A DNA stretch of 50,729 bases, from positions 1-50,729 of IMG/VR virus record IMGVR_UViG_3300045988_108242; one strand, given 5' to 3'. The translations under genes and the position numbers were made by a program. Shown piece after piece: positions 25,430 to 32,481 of the stretch. The stretch is from a virus. The number at the start of each line of letters is the position of its first letter. Position 1 is the first letter of the stretch. The notes under the pieces were generated by a model, which was not told where the DNA came from, did not search any database, and saw nothing but the letters and a program-made list of their open reading frames with translations.

Positions 25430-25903
25430 TTAACCCTCCAACTCTTCACGAGCCTTTACTGCACATTTATCGGCTAATTCATTTAATGGATCGCCTTTAT
25501 GTCCTGCGACCTTTACCATTTTAATTGTAAGCTTTTTTGTATATACAAGTTTAAACATTTTTTCCCATATATTTTTGTTCTTTACTGGTTTATCTTCTGC
25601 TGTTCTCCAATCATTGTTATACCAGTTTAAAAGCCATCCTTTTGTTATAGCGTTCACAACATACGCACTATCACTGAATATTGTCACCTTTTTGTATCCC
25701 TCTTTTAAGGCTTTTACTAACGCCATATATACCGCTGTAAGCTCCATTTCATTGTTGGTTGTGCTTTCTTTAGAACCCTTTTTAATTCTTACATCTACAG
25801 ACTCATTAGCCACCTTTACGGCTACATACGCCCAACCGCCTTTTGCATCTTTACTTCCATTATTAGAACACGCTCCATCGGTGTAAAAGTATATATCATT
25901 CAT
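25430..25903 (-). CDS. rnhA: Ribonuclease HI
   Basis: 157 aa with the DEDD motifs YTDGAC, NNEMELTA, FSDSAYV and NELADKCA. Confidence 0.9.
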   Translation of the reverse strand: MNDIYFYTDGACSNNGSKDAKGGWAYVAVKVANESVDVRIKKGSKESTTNNEMELTAVYMALVKALKEGYKKVTIFSDSAYVVNAITKGWLLNWYNNDWRTAEDKPVKNKNIWEKMFKLVYTKKLTIKMVKVAGHKGDPLNELADKCAVKAREELEG

Positions 25904-26255
25904 TTTCTTTTTTCTCCTTCATGATCTCTGCATAAATCTTGATAAGCAACTTTGCTTCTAATTCCCACAAAGTTTTCCCATATACATAACCAACCCATTC
26001 CCGTTTAGAATTTAGTACAGAACAATTATAATACACAAATTCACCATTTTCCCAATATTCTTTTATACCTTGCTGACTGTATCCATATCTTTTGCATATA
26101 CCATGTATGATGTATTCTAAATCATCAATTTTTAACATACTTCCTTTTGGTATTTTTAATTTCTGCACTGGTTTTACTTTCCACAAGAATTTGTTTAATA
26201 TGTTTTTGTTTTCTTCAATTCTGCAATCAATGTCCAATATTTGTTTTGCGTTCAT
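25896..26255 (-). CDS. Hypothetical protein
   Basis: 119 aa, with AGGAG upstream. Confidence 0.55.
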   Translation of the reverse strand: MNAKQILDIDCRIEENKNILNKFLWKVKPVQKLKIPKGSMLKIDDLEYIIHGICKRYGYSQQGIKEYWENGEFVYYNCSVLNSKREWVGYVYGKTLWELEAKLLIKIYAEIMKEKKENE

Positions 26256-26269
26256 TTTTTATTTCTCCT

Positions 26270-26313
26270 AAAATAAATGGCAGGATAAATAGTTTTGTTC
26301 CTACCATCCTGCC
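26270..26313 (-). terminator. Possible terminator or attenuator hairpin
   Basis: 8-bp stem GGCAGGAT/ATCCTGCC (26279..26286 / 26306..26313) with a 19-nt loop, followed on the minus strand by TTTATTTTA and then the SD of the next gene. Confidence 0.4.
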
Positions 26314-26476
26314 AATTGTGATTTACTATTCAATTAGAGTATTCATTTTTCAATAACTTTTGCATTGTATGATTATTTAGCTCAATTTTGAAATTTTAAA
26401 AAACGTTCAGATATATTTTATTGTAGTTTTTTTAACACATTATCAGAATATTTGTTTACGTGTTACATTTTAACGA

Positions 26477-27226
26477 TTAGATTTCCCAATCATCATCGTC
26501 CTCTTCTTCTGTATCTTCCTCGCCTTTTGCATCATCAGCTTTCAGCATATCTGCATATACATCTGGCTTCTGTTTTGGTTTTACTTTCAGACCTCTTTCT
26601 TTGCACATTTTGAAAAGCTCCATTGCGGTTTTTCCTACATACGGGTCTGTTTCTTCTTCGTCATCTTCTCCCCAGTCATCGTCCTCTTCTTCTACTGGTT
26701 CTTCTTTTTTAACAGTTTTCTTTGATGTTGTTTTCTTTTCTTCCTTTGCTTTTCCTTTTCCCTTAGATGGTTCAATCTCACCGTTATCAAGTTTCTCTAA
26801 CAGCTTGATAAGTTCATCTTTCTTGCGGCTCTTGCAAAGTGACGAAATACCACGTTTACAACATAATGCATAAAGGTCTTTTGCTGTCATAGACTCATAG
26901 GTGCTTTCTTCCTCTTCATCATCTGACCATTCATCTTCCTGTTCTTCTGCATCCTGTTTTTTTGCTTTACCTTTCTTTGGTACTTCCTCTTCCTGTGGAA
27001 TTTCCATTTCAGGTTCTTCTGTTTCCATCTCTTTAAGTCCTGTTTCAACAACCCTTGCTGTTACTTTAGCAGGAAGTGCTTTTAAAATGTCTAACAGATA
27101 AACACTATCTGCAAGTGCTACTGTTCTTGCAAAAAGCGGAAATCTACTTCCAATCTCTGCAATGTTTTCCTTGTTGTTTCCATAAATTTCTTTTGCCGCT
27201 TCATATGCGCTCCAATTTTTTGCCAT
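26477..27226 (-). CDS. Acidic protein with two HeH/SAP motifs and an acidic-Trp C-terminus
   Basis: 249 aa. Motifs: MTAKDLYALCCKRGISSLCKSRKKDELIKLLEK and TAMELFKMCKERGLKVKPKQKPDVYADMLK. Ends in DDDDWEI. Confidence 0.65.
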   Translation of the reverse strand: MAKNWSAYEAAKEIYGNNKENIAEIGSRFPLFARTVALADSVYLLDILKALPAKVTARVVETGLKEMETEEPEMEIPQEEEVPKKGKAKKQDAEEQEDEWSDDEEEESTYESMTAKDLYALCCKRGISSLCKSRKKDELIKLLEKLDNGEIEPSKGKGKAKEEKKTTSKKTVKKEEPVEEEDDDWGEDDEEETDPYVGKTAMELFKMCKERGLKVKPKQKPDVYADMLKADDAKGEEDTEEEDDDDWEI

Positions 27227-27278
27227 AACATTATTCTCCTTTTCTTCTCTTATTGTTTCTCTTTGTTATGTTGTCTTT

Positions 27279-27307
27279 ATACTAACACATTTATTTAGTT
27301 GTGTCAA
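27279..27307 (-). promoter_or_regulatory. Sigma-A-type promoter (TTGACA-17-TGTTAGTAT)
   Basis: -35 at 27307..27302, -10 TAGTAT at 27284..27279. Confidence 0.6.
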
Positions 27308-27314
27308 TACCTTT

Positions 27315-27575
27315 TTAACAAGAACTTGGATTTGTTTTTTCAATTGCTTCATTCAAACAATCTCTTAATTGTATAAGTCCCTCTTTGTCGACTAAACCGA
27401 GTCCACCTTTTAGGAAAATTCTTACTTCTTTTCCATTTTCTTCTGTTACAAGTTGCTCTGTTACTGCATAGCCTTCTAAATCATTTGTTTTAACGTTTCT
27501 TGCTTCTGAAATAACAATATTTCTTTGCTCTTTAAAACGCCTTTTAGAAAGTTCATTATAATTTAATCGTCCCAT
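27315..27575 (-). CDS. Hypothetical protein
   Basis: 86 aa. Confidence 0.55.
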   Translation of the reverse strand: MGRLNYNELSKRRFKEQRNIVISEARNVKTNDLEGYAVTEQLVTEENGKEVRIFLKGGLGLVDKEGLIQLRDCLNEAIEKTNPSSC

Positions 27576-27958
27576 TCTCCTGCACCCCCCTCACTTTCTT
27601 CTACACTTGTGTCGGGAAGTTCAATAATGGCTTGGAATCTTAACTGTATCAATTCTTCATCGACCAAACTGCAAATACTTTCTACATTTACATTATCTGT
27701 CAATGACTTAAAGGGAATTGTTGCATTGCCATCCTTATCGAAGTTAATTGCACCTATTGTAAAAATACCTAAATTCATAGGTTTTTTATCTGGCACTTTT
27801 GCATGAAGTGTAATATCATTGTTCAGACCTTGTAACAATTCAACACTTGTCAGAATTTCATCGTATCGCAATTTGAACTTTACTTGAATTGTTTTATTCT
27901 TTCCAATGCTCAACCCTTCAAATGAAGCAATACCTTGCTGTTTTAATTTTCTCTCCAT
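27563..27958 (-). CDS. Hypothetical protein with an acidic-Trp C-terminus (..GEWDD)
   Basis: 131 aa. Confidence 0.55.
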   Translation of the reverse strand: MERKLKQQGIASFEGLSIGKNKTIQVKFKLRYDEILTSVELLQGLNNDITLHAKVPDKKPMNLGIFTIGAINFDKDGNATIPFKSLTDNVNVESICSLVDEELIQLRFQAIIELPDTSVEESEGGAGEWDD

Positions 27959-28470
27959 CTGCTTTCCTTCCTCCTTTCTTTGTTTTTCTTTTTGAACTCC
28001 TGTTCTCTTTCTGCTCTCTCCAATTCTTTCTGTTTCATGTAAGCCATTCTTGCTTTTAAATTTTCTTTTGTGTTACCCTGCTTACAAATACTATTATACT
28101 TCTTTTCTTCTGGTTCGTCAAGTGATAATTCAAAATTGTTTTGAATTTCTTTCCCTTGTATAAGTGCTTTAAATGCCGCTATATCACTTTCTTTTATTGC
28201 AACCCATACTTCATCGGTGTTAATGAATTGGAAAGCAAATACGGGTAATTTATGAGCTTCTATAGCTTGTGCTTCTAATTGATGCAGTACGCTTTGTTTT
28301 ACACTAAAACTTTCATGGTCTGTACTTTTTAACTCACACAAACAATGTTCGTTTTGTCCATCACCTTTATCAATCCATGTTGCTCCACTGTTTCTTGTCG
28401 ACTCAAAGCCTAATCTGTGCATCACTTCTACTTCATTCTTCCTGTACCATTTTGTGCTACGTTTATTCAT
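27943..28470 (-). CDS. PD-(D/E)xK nuclease, Hjc-like Holliday junction resolvase (putative)
   Basis: 175 aa. The pattern E..V...L....STRNSGATWIDKGD......CELKST fits a GD...E.K catalytic core. Confidence 0.5.
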   Translation of the reverse strand: MNKRSTKWYRKNEVEVMHRLGFESTRNSGATWIDKGDGQNEHCLCELKSTDHESFSVKQSVLHQLEAQAIEAHKLPVFAFQFINTDEVWVAIKESDIAAFKALIQGKEIQNNFELSLDEPEEKKYNSICKQGNTKENLKARMAYMKQKELERAEREQEFKKKNKERRKESRWREN

Positions 28471-28954
28471 GTTTTGTCAACACCTCACACCGTTTTGCAT
28501 ATTTACAAGTCCCACATATAATGATAGGTCTTTTACCATAAGATTTTCCAAAACATCTTTCTCTTTCTTTTGTCTCATTCACACATTCTTTTTCATATAC
28601 GCATAGATTGCATTTTCCATTCCCATCAATATGACAGCCAAAACAATCTAGTCTCTCTTTTCTTTTTTTGCATTCCTTTTTACTGTCACAACATTGGCAT
28701 TCTATATCGTCATCGTCATACATTCCAAAACAATTTTGTTCTGACACTTCTTTCTCTGCATCTCTTGACTTTGTTCTTTTATTTGTTTCGTTCAAAACAT
28801 CCAGAATATCATTTGCTGTTAAAATGTCCAATTTTACAACCCTATTATATTTTTTTGAGTTCTCAATTTCATTCTGTAATTGTTCTGTTAACTGCTCAAT
28901 ATTATATTCCTTTCTAATCACCATTTTTGTTTTACTCCTTCCAAATACCATCAT
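28463..28954 (-). CDS. Cys-rich protein with three CFG-x(n)-C-x2-C-x(5-6)-C repeats
   Basis: 163 aa. Repeats: NCFGMYDDDDIECQCCDSKKEC, DCFGCHIDGNGKCNLCVYEKEC and RCFGKSYGKRPIIICGTCKYAKRC. Confidence 0.6.
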   Translation of the reverse strand: MMVFGRSKTKMVIRKEYNIEQLTEQLQNEIENSKKYNRVVKLDILTANDILDVLNETNKRTKSRDAEKEVSEQNCFGMYDDDDIECQCCDSKKECKKRKERLDCFGCHIDGNGKCNLCVYEKECVNETKERERCFGKSYGKRPIIICGTCKYAKRCEVLTKHE

Positions 28955-29540
28955 TTACTGTCCAGTGTCTTATTTCACCTTTCCACCATTTTGTTATGTA
29001 TCTTTTTTCTCCATTTGTAGAGTAATACACATTATTTTTTAACATTTCCTCTAAATCAAAATCAAATAAAAAATGTTCTGATGGCTGTACTCTTGCAATA
29101 TATCCTCTAATCGCACAATACTTTTGTCGCATATATTCTTTGTCCATTATCCTCTTGTACTCTTTTTGATCTATATCATTTAATAAATTACTATACCAAA
29201 TAAGAATACCTTGCGCGTTTATTATTATTTTACGTTTGTTGCATCTCTGATATTCTCTTCTTGCTAATTGTTCTTTTGTCAACTCATAATCCCTCTTCAA
29301 CATACCATGGTTACCACGCAAACAACCACTTCTTCCAAATGTGTTTTGTTTTTTGTCATAATATTTTTTTACCTTTATTTTATTTTTATCTCGATATTCT
29401 TTTGTCAATAAATTATGACATTTATTACAATAATAATACAATCCATCTGGGTTATTTTTATCTTCAAAGAACATTTCTATTGGTAATTCCCTTTTGCATT
29501 TACTACAAACTTTTGTTCCTTTTTCAAAATCAGCTTTCAT
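28932..29540 (-). CDS. Hypothetical protein with an N-terminal CxxC...CxxC zinc ribbon
   Basis: 202 aa containing KVCSKCKRELPIEMF...DGLYYYCNKCH. No HNH catalytic motif is recognisable. Confidence 0.55.
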   Translation of the reverse strand: MKADFEKGTKVCSKCKRELPIEMFFEDKNNPDGLYYYCNKCHNLLTKEYRDKNKIKVKKYYDKKQNTFGRSGCLRGNHGMLKRDYELTKEQLARREYQRCNKRKIIINAQGILIWYSNLLNDIDQKEYKRIMDKEYMRQKYCAIRGYIARVQPSEHFLFDFDLEEMLKNNVYYSTNGEKRYITKWWKGEIRHWTVNDGIWKE

Positions 29541-29541
29541 T

Positions 29542-29853
29542 TTATTCCTTTCCTAAACTCAACGCTATCATTTGTATATAGTATTTATCATTTTGTTTTA
29601 ATCTGTGCCATAAATCAAAACCTGTTGTTCCATCAAAATCATAGAACACATAATAATAATTTGTTTCCTGTAAAATATATAAACAAACACCCTTTTGTAA
29701 TTCTACTAACTGTTTTGCAAGTTCATCGTAGCTCTTGTCTGTTATAAGGTTTGTATTCTGTTCATAATACAAATAACTATGTATTAGAACTGTTCTTTGT
29801 AAAAACTCTATTCTTTCACGCATTGTCCAATATGTAGGGAATTTAATCCTCAT
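29542..29853 (-). CDS. Hypothetical protein resembling the LigA domain Ia motif
   Basis: 103 aa. FLQRTVLIHSYLYYEQNTNLITDKSYDELAKQLVELQ parallels the N-terminal H.Y.YY....P.I.D.EYD.L...L..LE motif of NAD-dependent ligases. Confidence 0.35.
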   Translation of the reverse strand: MRIKFPTYWTMRERIEFLQRTVLIHSYLYYEQNTNLITDKSYDELAKQLVELQKGVCLYILQETNYYYVFYDFDGTTGFDLWHRLKQNDKYYIQMIALSLGKE

Positions 29854-30394
29854 ATGTTTCTTTCCTTTCTGGTAACTGTGATATTTTGTATGCTAGCTTT
29901 GCACATTTTCTTCTTTGCTTCATTGCTTCTTTTGCCAACATATAATATCTTTTTGGCATAAAATATGAAGATTTTAGAAACTCTTCAATATTTTCTGGAA
30001 TTGGATTATTACATAAAATATTCGATTTACCAATTATCTGTGTATACTCCGAACTATTTTTCGTACTACAATAACCATCTTTCCATAATATTGGACATTT
30101 TAAACATGATGACCAACATTCTTCACTTTCTGAATACTCACAACAAAAACAATAATTTAGAACAGCCGCATTAAAACAATACTCTTTTATATATTCTCTT
30201 TTTAAATTTGCTACTTCTGTTTTTCTTCCTTTTGCATATTGCTGTGCTATCCATATCCACATTTTTCTATGCTGTAATACTGCAAAATCTTTATTGTTTC
30301 TTACTTGACTTAAAAACATCTTTTGTTTTTCTTCTAATGTTGCACACCTTAAAGTATCTAAATGATACTGTTTAATAACTTTTGTTATTTCCAT
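29843..30394 (-). CDS. Hypothetical Cys-rich protein
   Basis: The track ORF 29843..30445 is trimmed to the ATG at 30394, which lies 6 nt after GGAGG and clears the upstream stop at 30406. Confidence 0.6.
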   Translation of the reverse strand: MEITKVIKQYHLDTLRCATLEEKQKMFLSQVRNNKDFAVLQHRKMWIWIAQQYAKGRKTEVANLKREYIKEYCFNAAVLNYCFCCEYSESEECWSSCLKCPILWKDGYCSTKNSSEYTQIIGKSNILCNNPIPENIEEFLKSSYFMPKRYYMLAKEAMKQRRKCAKLAYKISQLPERKETYED

Positions 30395-30405
30395 TTGTTT
30401 ACCTC

Positions 30406-30666
30406 CTATTTTGCAATCACTGATTTTGGAATCCATGTTTTCCAACCTTTTACGTTTCCAACAACTGAACCGCTATCAAGAATAACCTGAATGGCTTTTT
30501 CTGTTTCATTTAAAACTTCTCTTACAATAACTTCTACATATCCGTCTTTATCTGCTGTTAAAACTCCATCAACTCTGCTATATTCTGTTACATCAATGAA
30601 AGTATTATAGCCTTCTGCAACCTCACTTGTTTTATAATAAAACCATTCTTTTATTCTCAATAACAT
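30406..30666 (-). CDS. Hypothetical protein
   Basis: 86 aa, with GGAGG 9 nt upstream. Confidence 0.6.
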   Translation of the reverse strand: MLLRIKEWFYYKTSEVAEGYNTFIDVTEYSRVDGVLTADKDGYVEVIVREVLNETEKAIQVILDSGSVVGNVKGWKTWIPKSVIAK

Positions 30667-30711
30667 TTTGCTTTTCCTCCAAAACTTTTGTTTTTCCTTA
30701 ACTCTATAATT

Positions 30712-30740
30712 ATAATAACATATGTTTTAGTATTTGTCAA
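30712..30740 (-). promoter_or_regulatory. Sigma-A-type promoter (TTGACA-17-TGTTATTAT)
   Basis: -35 at 30740..30735, -10 at 30717..30712. Confidence 0.7.
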
Positions 30741-30744
30741 CACT

Positions 30745-30936
30745 TTAATAATAAATATCTACTGTTTCATTATTTACAAGATGTAAACAATATAACTTCA
30801 TTCCAATATAATAACCAGATGCACCACAATTTTCTAATTCTTCTACAAACTCATTTTCTTCAAGTTCTTGCAATTCTTCTAATGTAACAAATGCTCCATT
30901 AAGTTCCATTAACTGTTCTACTGTATAATTCTCCAT
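30745..30936 (-). CDS. Hypothetical acidic small protein
   Basis: The track ORF starts at a TTG (30951). The ATG at 30936 lies 8 nt after GGAGG. Confidence 0.6.
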   Translation of the reverse strand: MENYTVEQLMELNGAFVTLEELQELEENEFVEELENCGASGYYIGMKLYCLHLVNNETVDIYY

Positions 30937-30977
30937 TTTGTATACCTCCAAATTTTGTTTGCTTTGTTTATGCTTTA

Positions 30978-31013
30978 ATTATATACTATAGGGTTGAACT
31001 TGTCAACCCTATA
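30978..31013 (-). promoter_or_regulatory. Sigma-A-type promoter (TTGACA-17-TATAAT) with the -35 inside an 11-bp perfect hairpin
   Basis: -35 at 31006..31001, -10 at 30983..30978. Inverted repeat TATAGGGTTGA/TCAACCCTATA at 30987..30997 / 31003..31013. Confidence 0.7.
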
Positions 31014-31015
31014 TT

Positions 31016-31318
31016 TTAAATTTTTCCATTATGTCTAAAAACATATGCTTCAATAATATTTCGCATCTTTTTGTAATCTTCATAATATGCATATACAATA
31101 CCATTTATTCTTGGATTGTGTTCAAAATACCACTGTAAATGCTCTGCTTCATCTAATTTCTTTTCACTTTCATCTGTATGTGTTTCCATCATGTTATTAA
31201 AACATTTATCACAATGATTATAAAACACATGTGAATATTTTTCCCATTTTCCTACTGGATACATTTTCTTTCCATTTTCACCAATAATTGTTGTAACTCT
31301 CTTTCTGTAATTTACCAT
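31016..31318 (-). CDS. Hypothetical protein
   Basis: 100 aa. Confidence 0.6.
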   Translation of the reverse strand: MVNYRKRVTTIIGENGKKMYPVGKWEKYSHVFYNHCDKCFNNMMETHTDESEKKLDEAEHLQWYFEHNPRINGIVYAYYEDYKKMRNIIEAYVFRHNGKI

Positions 31319-31371
31319 AACCTATACCAACCTTTCTGTATTCAATCTTTTGTTTTCTTGTTTGTAACTAT

Positions 31372-31400
31372 ATATTAACACAATAATACATAACTGTCAA
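31372..31400 (-). promoter_or_regulatory. Sigma-A-type promoter (TTGACA-17-TGTTAATAT)
   Basis: -35 at 31400..31395, -10 at 31377..31372. Confidence 0.7.
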
Positions 31401-31533
31401 TAACTATTTATAAAATATTTTAATTTATTTGTTATATAAATCAGACTAACGTCTGTTATATATTATTATGTTCTTTTAATCCCCTTTAATAAAGAAATAT
31501 ATAAAGAAAGAAAATTCCCCTTTATTTAACATT

Positions 31534-31818
31534 TTAAAAGTTTATTTGTTTTATTCCACGTTGTTTACAATATTGTTTTAAAGATTTTATATTATTTCTT
31601 TTAAAGATTTCTCTTGTTCTATAAATAACATCATCTAAATTTACTAATGCTTTTTGTTTTGAAACATATCTAGTATATTCAATTGCAACCCCTGTTTGAT
31701 AATGTGTTATAGAATAGCACCTGTCTGCTAACTTTACAATAACAATGTTTTTATATTTTGTTTTATAACATGGTTTCTTTATAACCTTTTTACCGAACGC
31801 AAGTATATTACATTCCAT
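31534..31818 (-). CDS. Hypothetical basic protein
   Basis: The track ORF 31534..31848 is trimmed to the ATG at 31818 (MECNILAFGKK...), which lies 5 nt after AGGAGGG. The longer form would translate junction element copy C. Confidence 0.6.
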   Translation of the reverse strand: MECNILAFGKKVIKKPCYKTKYKNIVIVKLADRCYSITHYQTGVAIEYTRYVSKQKALVNLDDVIYRTREIFKRNNIKSLKQYCKQRGIKQINF

Positions 31819-31847
31819 TCTAACCCTCCTATTTAACGATTTAAGCA
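31815..31847 (-). repeat. Conserved junction element, copy C
   Basis: Minus strand reads TGCTTAAATCGTTAAATAGGAGGGTTAGAATGG. Its 3' part supplies the SD and start codon of the downstream gene. Confidence 0.7.
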
Positions 31848-31907
31848 ATTTTTATTTATAATGCGATAATTTATACATTTATAAACATAATTCCTTTAAA
31901 AAGCATT

Positions 31908-32150
31908 TTACAGCTTTGTTCTATGTTTCCTGCACCTTTTATTTTTACCGCTTTTGTTATAATATTTCGCTTTCTGTTCAAATGCCTTTTCACTATATTT
32001 TTCTAAATGTATACAATTCTTTAGTATACATTGTCTTTGTTTTACAAGTTCTTTATTCAGTTCCCCTTTATGCTCTTTATAATGGCAGTAACCTATACTA
32101 TTATTTATTATGTTTCCTTCTATAGATATTCCTTTCCTGTACATATCCAT
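31908..32150 (-). CDS. Hypothetical basic Cys/His-containing protein
   Basis: 80 aa, with TAGGAGGA upstream. Confidence 0.6.
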   Translation of the reverse strand: MDMYRKGISIEGNIINNSIGYCHYKEHKGELNKELVKQRQCILKNCIHLEKYSEKAFEQKAKYYNKSGKNKRCRKHRTKL

Positions 32151-32171
32151 TCCTCCTATAACTTTAATATG

Positions 32172-32204
32172 CCATATAATGTCCCTATTTAAACGAATAA
32201 GACA
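32172..32204 (-). repeat. Conserved junction element, copy D (most diverged)
   Basis: Minus strand reads TGTCTTATTCGTTTAAATAGGGACATTATATGG. Starts right after the -10 of the promoter at 32212..32240. Confidence 0.55.
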
Positions 32205-32211
32205 CTTTTAT

Positions 32212-32240
32212 ATTATAACCCTATAAATATATAATAGCAA
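32212..32240 (-). promoter_or_regulatory. Sigma-A-type promoter (TTGCTA-17-TATAAT)
   Basis: -35 at 32240..32235, -10 at 32217..32212. Confidence 0.6.
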
Positions 32241-32260
32241 GTATAAATGCTTTAAAATGG

Positions 32261-32290
32261 CAAATAAAAAGGAGCGTATAAAAACGCTCC
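32261..32290 (-). terminator. Rho-independent terminator
   Basis: 6-bp stem GGAGCG/CGCTCC (32271..32276 / 32285..32290) with an 8-nt loop, followed on the minus strand by TTTTTATTTG. Begins 3 nt after the stop of 32293..32481. Confidence 0.75.
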
Positions 32291-32292
32291 TG

Positions 32293-32481
32293 TCAATTTA
32301 ACAATCCTTCTTCTATACACTCTTCAAAATGGTTACAACCCCTACAACCATGTAATCTGCAATTGTTACAAGAATCTTTAATACAATATCCTGTTCCTGC
32401 AAATTTACATATAAAATCATTACAATAATATTTTTCAGAATTTGTAGCTTCATCATTCAATTTATCAACAATATTAAACAT
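32293..32481 (-). CDS. Small Cys-rich protein
   Basis: 62 aa with 10 Cys residues. Has a TAATG overlap with the upstream gene. Confidence 0.6.
   Translation of the reverse strand: MFNIVDKLNDEATNSEKYYCNDFICKFAGTGYCIKDSCNNCRLHGCRGCNHFEECIEEGLLN

Noticed and set aside
13084-32204. Interpreting the 33-nt element as a promoter for a T7/SP6-like single-subunit RNA polymerase encoded by this phage.
   Set aside because: No ORF of suitable size or motif exists. The only proteins over 800 aa are DnaE and the tape measure. The resemblance to TATAG(G/A)(G/A)AG is kept only as a note inside the finding.
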